Below, piece by piece: positions 29,131-38,476 of a stretch of DNA of 64,000 nucleotides. A program made the position numbers and the translations under genes. Below the pieces are notes generated by a model that was not told the DNA's origin, searched no databases, and saw only the letters and a program-made list of their open reading frames with translations. Position 1 is the stretch's first letter. Each line of letters starts with the position of its first letter. Source of the stretch: Candidatus Poribacteria bacterium (GTDB lineage Bacteria > Poribacteria > WGA-4E > PCPOR2b); NCBI GenBank assembly GCA_965215015.1, contig OZ244042.1, forward strand, positions 4,480,001-4,544,000. The letters are read 5' to 3'.

Positions 29131-31017
29131 TCATACCCGTTTCTGAATGAAATACACGATAGCAAATAATCCGAGTGCAATCACGAAAGTATAGATATTG
29201 TAGATATATGCTAGGAAAGTAGCAACTGCGAGGATAATCCATTCTATCCATGTCGTTTTTCGGAGGAAGTATCCCATCGTAACGATTGAAAAGATGAATG
29301 TGCCCGCCACAGCCGTTACAACAGACAGGACATTTTGTAACAGTGTGCCATCAAGCAGGATGTGGGTATAAGCGAACAGCAGCGGCATAATATACAGGAA
29401 CTTGGCAAATTTGAAACATGCCCAGCCGGTTTTCCACGGATCCGCACGCGCAACCGCAGCCCCGGCGTACGCGCCAAGGGCGACGGGCGGCGTGATATTG
29501 GAATCTTGACTGAGCCAGAAGACAATCAGGTGTGCTGCAATTAGGGAAATTCCCATCTGATCACTTGTGAGGATGGGGACAGCGAGTTCGGAGGTAATCA
29601 GATAGGCAGCAGTAACGGGGATGCCCATCCCCAAAATAAGGGACGCCCCAGCGAGCAATAGGATAGCGATTGCGCGACTGTCCCCAGCGACAGAGAGCAC
29701 GAGGTTAGGAAAGATTCTCCCGAGTCCGGTGAGGTCTATTACGGCAATAATGATTCCGATGCTGCCCACCGCTCCGCCGATGGCAAGAGAGTTCTTCGCA
29801 CCCCCGACCATCGCCTCCCAGAGGCGTTTGGGCGTGAGGCGTGTCTTCGGTCGAAGGTAACTAACGGCGATTGTAGTCAGGATAGCAAAGAACGCCGCTT
29901 GTGATGCGGTGTGCCCCGCGATTAGGACAGCGATTAGTACAACTAACGGAATCAAGCAGTACCATTGGCTTTTGAGAAGGGTGGACAGGTGAGGCAATTC
30001 TACTTTCGGGAGCCTCTCAATGCCCTCCTTTTTTGCCTCAAGGTGCACCATCACCCATACTGAGAAGAAATACAGCAGTGCCGGGATGAGCGATAGCAGC
30101 GCGATATGACTATACGGCAGCTCGGTGCGTTCCGCCATGATAAACGCGCCAGCACCCATCACCGGCGGTAGGAATTGTCCCCCGACCGATGCTGTCGCTT
30201 CAACGGCACCGGCGACGTGGGACCGAAAGCCAGTACGCTTCATCAACGGGATGGTAAACGCGCCGGTTGCGACCGTGTTTGCAATAGCACTCCCGGCAAC
30301 CGAGCCGAAGAATCCGGAAGCGACGACTGCTACTTTCGCGGGCCCGCCCACCAACCGTCCTGCTACCGCCATCGGGAGGTCAATGAAAAACTGTCCCACC
30401 CCTGACTTTTCCAAGAATGCGCCGAAGAAGATAAACAGTACGACATACGTCGCCATGACGTTTGCCATAATGCCGAAGATGCCAGCTTGGCTGAAGAAAC
30501 TGTATTCAAAGATTCGACGTAACGGGAATCCCTTGTGGGCGATAACGGACGGCATCGACTGACCAAACAGGGCGTACAAAATGCCAACTGTAGCGATTAT
30601 GGTCAACGCCCAACCGACTGTCCGCCGACTATATTCAAGGCTCAAGATCACCGCTACCGCTCCAACGCATACATCGAGCTGGCTGTATGCCCCCGCCCGG
30701 CCTGCTAGCGTTTTGTACTCGACAATCCAATATCCAATCACGAAAATAGTCAAGCCGACGAGTATCAGATCTACCATCGCCGGACGAGATTCGGGTGAGC
30801 TCCGCCTGAACTGATAGAACATGCCGGTCAGGATGAATGTAAGGAGCAGGTACAATCCGACGTGATACTGTTCACCTGACGTTCCAAAACCCGCACCGTA
30901 GATGTAAAAGAGTACAAAGCTGACAGCGATAATCTCAAAAATCCAATTCCATACACCTCTCAGATCTCGACCCGGGCGTTCAAATTTTTTCAATGTTCGC
31001 GCTTCTGGATCTGCCAT
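29131..31017 (-). CDS. TRAP transporter fused 4TM/12TM permease
   Basis: GGPAKVAVVAS, GSAIANTVATGAFTIPLMK, ASVGGQFLPPVMGA, ITPPVA. Confidence 0.92.
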   Translation of the reverse strand: MADPEARTLKKFERPGRDLRGVWNWIFEIIAVSFVLFYIYGAGFGTSGEQYHVGLYLLLTFILTGMFYQFRRSSPESRPAMVDLILVGLTIFVIGYWIVEYKTLAGRAGAYSQLDVCVGAVAVILSLEYSRRTVGWALTIIATVGILYALFGQSMPSVIAHKGFPLRRIFEYSFFSQAGIFGIMANVMATYVVLFIFFGAFLEKSGVGQFFIDLPMAVAGRLVGGPAKVAVVASGFFGSVAGSAIANTVATGAFTIPLMKRTGFRSHVAGAVEATASVGGQFLPPVMGAGAFIMAERTELPYSHIALLSLIPALLYFFSVWVMVHLEAKKEGIERLPKVELPHLSTLLKSQWYCLIPLVVLIAVLIAGHTASQAAFFAILTTIAVSYLRPKTRLTPKRLWEAMVGGAKNSLAIGGAVGSIGIIIAVIDLTGLGRIFPNLVLSVAGDSRAIAILLLAGASLILGMGIPVTAAYLITSELAVPILTSDQMGISLIAAHLIVFWLSQDSNITPPVALGAYAGAAVARADPWKTGWACFKFAKFLYIMPLLFAYTHILLDGTLLQNVLSVVTAVAGTFIFSIVTMGYFLRKTTWIEWIILAVATFLAYIYNIYTFVIALGLFAIVYFIQKRV

Positions 31018-31074
31018 CTCCTCCCATGCCTCTCAAGCCGACAGGTGCAAAAATTTGCATTGTATAACGACGAA

Positions 31075-31248
31075 TAGGACTTACGCAGTTGAACGCTCAA
31101 AGCCTCGGAGTTCCGACGTTTTATGGTTGCACACCAACGCCCGATGAATCGAGCAACTACAGTTAGGTCTGTTTGTAGTCGGGCGATTTATCGCCCACCG
31201 GGCCGGGCAATGAACTGCGCGACTAAGCGTTGAAATACACAAGTCCTA
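31075..31248. repeat. MITE/REP-like element with taggactt and aagtccta termini and internal GTAG palindromes
   Basis: Terminal inverted repeat taggactt / aagtccta; internal tgtagtcgggcgatttatcgccc. Confidence 0.65.
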
Positions 31249-31270
31249 GACGAATTTAACTCTACATACT

Positions 31271-32176
31271 TCACGATGTACGACGCTGCAGTTCAGTCTC
31301 AAGTTGGCGAATCCGCTCCTCTGCCTCAATGCGGGCTTGGGCTTCTTCAGTAGCGCGATTCTCTGCCTCAACACGGGCCTCGGCTTCTTCAGTAGCGCGG
31401 TTCTCTGCCTCAATGCGGGCCTCGGCTTCTTCAGCAGCGTGGTTCTCTGCCTCAATGCGGGCTTGGGCTTCTTCAGCAGCACGAGCCGACACCCTTACAT
31501 AGTCTTCTATCAGATTGCCCGTTTCATCATAACAAACGAGATTTTCGTCCTCCAAGTTCAACCAAATATTGACGGGTTCAATCCAAAGCCAGCCATCCGC
31601 ATTGAGACTCAACTCCTCATAGCCAGCCGGTGTGAGTCGGTATCCCACCAACTCTCGCACCATTACCCCCCGTCGCTTAAATCGATCTACGATGATGTAA
31701 TTCGGTACACCGACCCTCGCATAGTGGTCAACCTTCGTGACAACATCAACTGAGCGGGTTGAAGGTGAGACAATCTCGATAATCAGGCTTGGCTTGGTTT
31801 CCTCCTCTCCCTCCGAAAAGGTACTCCAATTGATGTGCCGATGGAGGTCAAAAATCACTGAAATGTCGGGACCATGCGCTCTCAGACCGGGCAGTGCCCA
31901 CGCCACGCGCACATCGTGCAAGACCACAGCATTCGGATCATCTGCAATCCGGGATGACAATACGTTGTAGAGGTAATTACAAAATTGTTCATGTTCTGCA
32001 TCGTGCATTCGGTAATCTCCCACCTGTGGGTGAAGGATGTCCTCAAGTGTCAGGGGTGTTCGTTCCAGAACCTCTGTTCCGTCTGGCAAAGCGCGTATCG
32101 CTTCACGCCACCCGTAGGGATAAGGGTCTTTCTTATCAAGGATTTCTCCGTTGGTTGGAATGGTTACTATTTTCAT
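31271..32176 (-). CDS. Uma2 family (DUF820, PD-(D/E)xK) endonuclease-like protein, copy 1, with four 14-aa C-terminal repeats
   Basis: GPDISV, PSLIIEIVSPSTRSVD, K, YARVGVPNYIIVD; start set at MKIVT by identity to copy 2. Confidence 0.88.
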   Translation of the reverse strand: MKIVTIPTNGEILDKKDPYPYGWREAIRALPDGTEVLERTPLTLEDILHPQVGDYRMHDAEHEQFCNYLYNVLSSRIADDPNAVVLHDVRVAWALPGLRAHGPDISVIFDLHRHINWSTFSEGEEETKPSLIIEIVSPSTRSVDVVTKVDHYARVGVPNYIIVDRFKRRGVMVRELVGYRLTPAGYEELSLNADGWLWIEPVNIWLNLEDENLVCYDETGNLIEDYVRVSARAAEEAQARIEAENHAAEEAEARIEAENRATEEAEARVEAENRATEEAQARIEAEERIRQLETELQRRTS

Positions 32177-32340
32177 GGCAATCTCCTTCCCTAGTAGGTC
32201 ATAATTCACAAGTCCGTTATCGAGCAACTACAGTTAGGTCTGTTTGTAGTCGGGCGATTTATCGCCCACCGTGCCGTGCAATGAACTGCGCGACTAAGTG
32301 TTGAAATACACAAGTCCTAGACGAATTTAATTCTACTGCT

Positions 32341-33120
32341 TCACGATGTACGACGCCGTAGCTCAGTTTCAAGTTGGCGAATCCGCTCCTCTGCCTCAAT
32401 GCGGGCCTCGGCTTCTTCGTCAGCACGAGCCGACATCCTCACATAGTCTTCTATCAGATTGCCCGTTTCATCATAACAAACGAGATTTTCGTCCTCCAAG
32501 TTCAACCAAATATTGACGGGTTCAATCCAAAGCCAGCCCTCCGCATTAAGACTCAACTCCTCATAGCCCCCCGGTGTGAGTCGGTATCCCACCAACTCTC
32601 GTACCATTACCCCCCGCCGCTTAAATCGATCCACGATGATGTAATTCGGTACGCCGACCCTCGCATAGTGGTCAACCTTCGTGACAACATCAACTGAGCG
32701 GGTCGAAGGTGAGACAATCTCGATAATCAGGCTTGGCTTGGTTTCCTCCTCTCCCTCCGAAAAGGTACTCCAATTGATGTGCCGATGGAGGTCAAAAATC
32801 ACTGAAATGTCGGGACCATGCGCTCTCAGACCGGGCAGTGCCCACGCCACGCGCACATCGTGCAAGACCACAGCATTCGGGTCATCTGCAATCCGGGCTG
32901 ACAATACGTTGTAGAGGTAATTACAAAATCGTTCATGTTCTGCATCGTGCATTCGGTAATCTCCCACCTGTGGGTGAAGGATGTCCTCAAGTGTCAGGGG
33001 TGTCCGTTCCAGAACCTCTGTTCCGTCTGGCAAAGTGCGTATCGCTTCACGCCACCCGTAAGGATAAGGGTCTTTCTTATCAAGGATTTCTCCGTTGGTT
33101 GGAATGGTTACTATTTTCAT
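32341..33120 (-). CDS. Uma2 family endonuclease-like protein, copy 2
   Basis: Same motifs as copy 1; single C-terminal repeat unit. Confidence 0.88.
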   Translation of the reverse strand: MKIVTIPTNGEILDKKDPYPYGWREAIRTLPDGTEVLERTPLTLEDILHPQVGDYRMHDAEHERFCNYLYNVLSARIADDPNAVVLHDVRVAWALPGLRAHGPDISVIFDLHRHINWSTFSEGEEETKPSLIIEIVSPSTRSVDVVTKVDHYARVGVPNYIIVDRFKRRGVMVRELVGYRLTPGGYEELSLNAEGWLWIEPVNIWLNLEDENLVCYDETGNLIEDYVRMSARADEEAEARIEAEERIRQLETELRRRTS

Positions 33121-33161
33121 GGCAATCTCCTTCCCCTAATAGGTAATAATTCACAAGTCCG

Positions 33162-34733
33162 TTAGTGATAATAAATCGAAACCGTCACATCCTTCAGCAC
33201 CAACGGTTCACAGCGTACCGACTGAGGTTTAACCTGTCGAATTTCCAGTTCGTTGATTCCCTGTTTCAAGGGCGGGCTGCCGATGTCAAATTCAAAGGTA
33301 TCGCCGGAAGCCGGCACCTCTTGAGTCCGAGAGGGGTATTGGTTCCAACCCGGTTCGTACTCCACGCGAGTCTTGTTGTCCGAAGCACCCACGCGAGTGT
33401 TCCAAGGAATCGGTGTTTGGTTTAGGCGTATTTCAAACATATCTTCAGCAGTTAGCCCCTCAAATCCCAGATCGAGCGTACATCTGTTCAATCCCCCATC
33501 AGAATTTGCCGATTCTAGGTCGTCAGCGATATCCAGCTGGAGCCTTACACCGCGGCCATAAAAAGTCTGATTGAACTGAACCGGGAGTTGTGCCGCAGGA
33601 ATGGCATTAAGGAACGAATAGCCGAGCTGGGAGGTCGGTTGATGCCGATTGGAGTGGTCTAACTCGTAGCACTTGTTCAACCGCCGTAGTACTATGGGGT
33701 CAGCCAGTTGATTCAAGACATTTCGCTTCCAGTCGTTGGACATGCTGTAGTAGTTGAAGAAATAGAGTCCATCTACGCGAGCCTCCCAATACCGGAGGGC
33801 GAGTGCCTTCAGCGACTTTTCAGCCAATAATGGTCTTAGCCCCTCGAAACAGCCGTAGATTTTGCAATCGGTGCCCTCAGCGATTTCAATCCATTCTCGA
33901 ATCGGCATTTCAAACGGGATAAATCCGCCGCCTGCGATGAGCATGTCCACCAAGCCTTCTCTCATCCACACCGCAGCGTCAAGTCCAATTCGTTTGGCAT
34001 CCGCCAGCGTCGGTGGCGTACGTACCGCCAGATCAAGATGTTTCCCCCTTTCTTGGCTGACTTCGTCTAGCTTTGCTCGAATACCGCATACAAAATCTGT
34101 CATTAGGTATCGGTACTGGTACGCTTCTGCAACGCGGAAGAAGGCGGGATGGCGCATAAAGTCCAGTTCGATGCCATCAATATCAAAGCGTTCAATTAGC
34201 TCGAAGATAATTCGGGTCATGTGGGCACGCACCTCTGGAAATGCGTAGTTCAACCCAGTTCGGATGCCCCATTCAAGGCTTCCATGCGGTATTGATTCTC
34301 CGGGGCGACCGATACACAGTTCCGGCTGCTCGCGGCGAAGTCGTCCGTAATTCGGAGCAGCCTCCTCCATGTCGTAATGCTCATTCATTCTGACGGACGG
34401 GAAAAACGCCATACCCGCCTCATGACATAACTGCGCGATAACTGTTACTGGACCACCGTGCGCTTTTATCATCTGACGGAGATTTTCAGATTTTCTCCGT
34501 TCGCCGGCGTCAAGGTCTTCATACCCGTCGCCGAATCGTTCTCCTACTTCGGTTTCGTAGTCGTAAACCTCGTGTCCCCCAATAGACCAGAGAAAAACAT
34601 CAACCGGTGAACCTGCGTAGGGGGCGATCATTTTATCGCGCATATCGTCTGGGGTCAATGGGGGGCCGTACGCACCCATTATCCAACCGTCATCATTGCT
34701 GAGTACCCGCCAATGCTTCTGTGATGTTGTCAT
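33162..34733 (-). CDS. Hypothetical glycoside hydrolase-like TIM-barrel protein (GHL10/DUF187-like)
   Basis: NDDG, SVRMNE, LNYAFPEVR, FDIDGIELDFMR, DGLYFFNY. Confidence 0.6.
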   Translation of the reverse strand: MTTSQKHWRVLSNDDGWIMGAYGPPLTPDDMRDKMIAPYAGSPVDVFLWSIGGHEVYDYETEVGERFGDGYEDLDAGERRKSENLRQMIKAHGGPVTVIAQLCHEAGMAFFPSVRMNEHYDMEEAAPNYGRLRREQPELCIGRPGESIPHGSLEWGIRTGLNYAFPEVRAHMTRIIFELIERFDIDGIELDFMRHPAFFRVAEAYQYRYLMTDFVCGIRAKLDEVSQERGKHLDLAVRTPPTLADAKRIGLDAAVWMREGLVDMLIAGGGFIPFEMPIREWIEIAEGTDCKIYGCFEGLRPLLAEKSLKALALRYWEARVDGLYFFNYYSMSNDWKRNVLNQLADPIVLRRLNKCYELDHSNRHQPTSQLGYSFLNAIPAAQLPVQFNQTFYGRGVRLQLDIADDLESANSDGGLNRCTLDLGFEGLTAEDMFEIRLNQTPIPWNTRVGASDNKTRVEYEPGWNQYPSRTQEVPASGDTFEFDIGSPPLKQGINELEIRQVKPQSVRCEPLVLKDVTVSIYYH

Positions 34734-35109
34734 GTCAGGGTCTCCTCGAGCGGCAATTTCCGCGCTGTTTCGGGGCTTGTTTGGTGTGCAAAGATGAATC
34801 GCCCCGACGCTGAATCATTATAACACGCGCTAATTTTTCAATCCATAAAAAAATAGGAATTCAATAGGGGGATGATGAATTGGCGGCTTGCTTTGGGAAA
34901 GATTGAATATGGGAGGTTGGTTGTGATATACTCACTGTTGATGCGGAAGATTTGAAGTTATTGTAGAATTGTGAGTTAGATAAAACTGGTTCCGCCTTCC
35001 TGCTAAAGTACCATTGACCTATACCACCAATGGTTGGATGTACTCCGACAGGATTTGTTAATATGTTACCCATTACGCTTCACGTTTGTGGGAAAGTAGA
35101 AAGATTGCC

Positions 35110-37347
35110 ATGAAACCGTTTATGGAAGCCTTGCCTCCCAAAGTGAATACTAAGCTGAAACGGTTAAAACCGCCCGAGGAACAGGTGCTTTTCCAGGTTG
35201 CCACAGATCTCATCAACAATCAATTGTTCGGGGAAAGGTGGTTGGTGGTAACCGATCGGCACTTATTGTTTATACCGACCGAGGGCGTGGATGGCACTGT
35301 GGAAGTGTCACTCGCAGATGTTCAAGAAGCTAGGACAGAGGAGCTCGTTGGGGGAGGACGGTTGGCGGTAGAACGCAAGGTGGGGGGACCTGTCTATCTA
35401 CACTACTCCAGCTCATTAGCACCCAAATTTGCTGAGGTCGCCGAGGGTATTCAGCAGCTCTCCAAAGGGGAACCGATCGAATTACCAACGGAGATGGAGC
35501 GCACACGGTGTGAAAAGTGTGGACGGCTGCTCGCAGAGAAGGATGGCAGATGTATTAACTGTACGAAAAAGCGGGATACGCTCCGGCGGATTGTCAGCTA
35601 CGTTAGACCTTATCGCCTTCAACTTATGCTCGTTTTTGTGATTACGACAATTGCTGCGCTAATCGATCTATTACCCCCCCTCATCACGGAGCGTATTATT
35701 GACGATGTTCTCACGCCGAAATCAAATTTTGGACTTCTAGTTTGGCTTGTGTTGGTACTTTTGGGAATTCGTTTATTGATGTGGGTATCCCAAGTAGGTC
35801 GCGCAGCGATAAGCAGTTGGCTAGGGTTTCGGGCAGCGGAAGACATTCGCATTGAACTCTATCGTGTATTACAGTTCACACCTCTCAGATTTTACGATAA
35901 ACGAAAAATCGGGAACCTCATCTCCCGAATGACTAACGATGCCGAACTGTTAGAGGAATACCTAATCTATGACCTGCCTTTCATCCTGTCGAATATGTTA
36001 TTGTTACTTGGCATCTTGACGTTGTTATTGTATAAAAGCTGGATACTCACGATATATGTGCTCATCCCGGTACCGCCGATTGTTTTAGGCGGGGCACTCA
36101 TCTGGAATCGTATGGAGCGTTACTGGCGGCGTTGGTCTGTCAAGTGGGGCCGGTTTTCAACCCATTTGAACGAGTCAATCACCGGTATTCGATTGGTAAA
36201 AGCCTTTGCCCAAGAAAAGCGAGAGGGCATTCGTTTCAATCAGCGGAATGACGAACTGCGGCAGGTGAGCGTTAGCGCAGATCGGGCGTGGTTTGTCTTC
36301 TTTACGGTGATGAACTTTCTAATGAGTTTCGGCGTGTTCTTTGTCTGGTATTTTGGTGGCCGACAAATCCTTGGCGGAGAATTGACGCTCGGTGAATTGA
36401 CCGCGTTTATCATTTACCTTTGGATGCTCTACCGCCCCCTCAAGTGGCTTGGTGACTTCTACAACTTTATGATCCGTGCCTATGCGGGTGCGGAGCGAAT
36501 CTTTGAAGTGATGGACACACCCGTTGAACCTTTTGATGCCCCAAATGCGAAGGCGATGCCTCAAATCGAAGGACGGGTATCGTTCAAAAATGTTACATTT
36601 GGTTACGATCCGGGCAAGCCCGTTCTTAAAGGGATTAACCTTGAGGTAGTGCCCGGCGAAATGATTGGATTGGTGGGAAAATCGGGCGTCGGCAAAAGCA
36701 CGTTCATCAACCTAATCTGCCGATTCTACGATGTCAATCGAGGTCGTTTAGATGTTGATGACGAGGATATTCGGGACATCCGCCTTGAACATTTACGTTC
36801 CCAAATAGGAATGGTCCATCAGGAGCCAACGCTGTTTAATGTTACAGTTGCTGAAAACATCCGCTACGGCAAACCGGAGGCACCCTTTGACGAGGTGATG
36901 CAGGCAGCGATAGCAGCAGAAGCGCATGAATTTATCGTTGGCAAACCGGACGGTTATGACACAAAGGTCGGTGAAGGCGGTGGGAAACTCTCCGGCGGGG
37001 AAAAGCAGCGTATCGCTATCGCACGTGCTATTCTGCATGATCCTAAAATTCTCATCCTTGATGAAGCGACCTCCTCACTTGATACACAGACTGAGAAAAA
37101 GATTCAGATAGCGATTGCGCGATTGGTCAAAGGGAGGACCACCTTTGCGATTGCACATCGGCTTTCAACCCTGCGAAACGCAGACCGACTGGTTGTTATA
37201 GACGACGGTAAAATTGCAGAGGTTGGCACACATGCGGAGCTAATGGAGCGAAAGGGAATTTTCTACAACCTCGTGCATACGCAGCAGGCAACGACAGCAG
37301 TTATGGCGATTGGTGACGGAAAGGAGGATTCAGAGGAGGATGAATAG
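35110..37347 (+). CDS. ABC exporter (fused TMD+NBD) with N-terminal PH-like/zinc-ribbon extension
   Basis: CEKC and CINC; TMD; Walker A GKSGVGKS, LSGGEKQR, ILDEATSSLD, IAHRLST. Confidence 0.92.
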   Translation: MKPFMEALPPKVNTKLKRLKPPEEQVLFQVATDLINNQLFGERWLVVTDRHLLFIPTEGVDGTVEVSLADVQEARTEELVGGGRLAVERKVGGPVYLHYSSSLAPKFAEVAEGIQQLSKGEPIELPTEMERTRCEKCGRLLAEKDGRCINCTKKRDTLRRIVSYVRPYRLQLMLVFVITTIAALIDLLPPLITERIIDDVLTPKSNFGLLVWLVLVLLGIRLLMWVSQVGRAAISSWLGFRAAEDIRIELYRVLQFTPLRFYDKRKIGNLISRMTNDAELLEEYLIYDLPFILSNMLLLLGILTLLLYKSWILTIYVLIPVPPIVLGGALIWNRMERYWRRWSVKWGRFSTHLNESITGIRLVKAFAQEKREGIRFNQRNDELRQVSVSADRAWFVFFTVMNFLMSFGVFFVWYFGGRQILGGELTLGELTAFIIYLWMLYRPLKWLGDFYNFMIRAYAGAERIFEVMDTPVEPFDAPNAKAMPQIEGRVSFKNVTFGYDPGKPVLKGINLEVVPGEMIGLVGKSGVGKSTFINLICRFYDVNRGRLDVDDEDIRDIRLEHLRSQIGMVHQEPTLFNVTVAENIRYGKPEAPFDEVMQAAIAAEAHEFIVGKPDGYDTKVGEGGGKLSGGEKQRIAIARAILHDPKILILDEATSSLDTQTEKKIQIAIARLVKGRTTFAIAHRLSTLRNADRLVVIDDGKIAEVGTHAELMERKGIFYNLVHTQQATTAVMAIGDGKEDSEEDE

Positions 37348-37367
37348 CGTCATTATCTCAAAGCCGT

Positions 37368-37397
37368 TTGACTTTTTTACCTAGCCTCCGGTATAAT
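37368..37397 (+). promoter_or_regulatory. Putative sigma70 promoter for the DUF1854 gene
   Basis: TTGACT-18nt-TATAAT. Confidence 0.5.
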
Positions 37398-37524
37398 GTG
37401 AAACCCTACTTTCCTAACAGAGCGAATGAAATGGGGTGTCATCTCCGGCGATTGAGTGCTGGATACATTTAGATAGCAACTTAGGTTACTTTATCAAAAA
37501 TCCTTTAGGGATGGGAGTACGTCA

Positions 37525-38100
37525 ATGGAGAATGCAACGGCATCTAAAGAGGAAAAAACCGAAATGAATGGAAAAGCAAAAACGGAGCGGACAATCACCC
37601 CCATTCAGATAACCCATCCGGAGCGGGTTGATCCAGAGGCGATTCGCCTATTCCGCGCCCCACCGTGGGCATTGCGTCTAACAATTGAGGACGACCGTTC
37701 CTACATTAAGGTTCGAGTAGTCTGTGCTGCCCCCCTATCTCAACCGGACCGGTACATCTGCCTGCTCGACGAAAAGAATGAGGTAATCTGTACAATCGAA
37801 AATCCGATCGTTTTGGACGCTGCGTCTCAGCGCATTATCAAGGAGGAGCTTGAGCAACGGTACATGACCGCCATTATCAAGCGGGTTGACTCGCTTAGGA
37901 GTGAGTTTGGGGTGTCTTATTGGGAGGTTCAGACTGACCGGGGGAACCGAGAGTTTGTCGTGCGTAATGTCTCCGAGAACGCGCAGTGGATTTCAGACCG
38001 CCGGTTGCTGCTAGTCGATGTGGATGGCAACCGCTTTGAGATCTCCAATTTGGAGGTTTTTGATAAAAAGAGTCGCGGACTCATCGAAATGGTGCTTTAG
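37525..38100 (+). CDS. DUF1854 domain protein
   Basis: APLSQPDRYI, EELEQRY, WEVQTDRG, DVDGNRF pattern; adjacent to its usual ABC transporter partner. Confidence 0.8.
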   Translation: MENATASKEEKTEMNGKAKTERTITPIQITHPERVDPEAIRLFRAPPWALRLTIEDDRSYIKVRVVCAAPLSQPDRYICLLDEKNEVICTIENPIVLDAASQRIIKEELEQRYMTAIIKRVDSLRSEFGVSYWEVQTDRGNREFVVRNVSENAQWISDRRLLLVDVDGNRFEISNLEVFDKKSRGLIEMVL

Positions 38101-38209
38101 GGCACAATGATTATTACGGTGCCGAAAGTTCGGGCAGATTTTCGACTAGGTTCTGTTGACATTTTATCATAAGCAGATAAACGAGAAGGTGCACAGATAC
38201 ATAGGCGGT

Positions 38210-38476
38210 TCTTACCCCCCCTGCTTGGGGCTGTTAGGGATGCTTTACCTTCTTTCCCCCTGCTTGCGGGGGGGGTAGGGGGGGTTGGGTTCTTAGGGTT
38301 TAATCTCAATGAGCCAAGAAAATTGACCTCCCCCACCGAGTTGTGTCTCCGCTTACCTTCTTTCCCCCCTGCTTGGGGCTGTTAGGGATGCTTTACCTTC
38401 TTTCCCTCCTGCTTGCGGGGGGCTAGAGGGGGTAGCCTTCTTTCCCCCTTGCTTGCGGGGGGGTTAGGGGGGGTAG
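38210..38476. repeat. Cluster of C-rich/G-rich palindromic repeats (ccccctgcttgcgggggg...taggggg)
   Basis: Several copies, including the duplicated cctgcttggggctgttagggatgctttaccttctttccc; same family recurs near 44970, 50700, 50820 and 59910-60575. Confidence 0.8.

Larger units (their letters stand above)
31148..33164. repeat. Tandem duplication of a ~1 kb Uma2 unit (31148-32219 and 32219-33164)
   Basis: Both units start at atcgagcaactacagttagg and end at aattcacaagtccgtta, with near-identical coding sequence. Confidence 0.92.

Noticed and set aside
34861-35073. 70-aa minus-strand orphan ORF
   Set aside because: No motif or clear RBS; cannot be supported.
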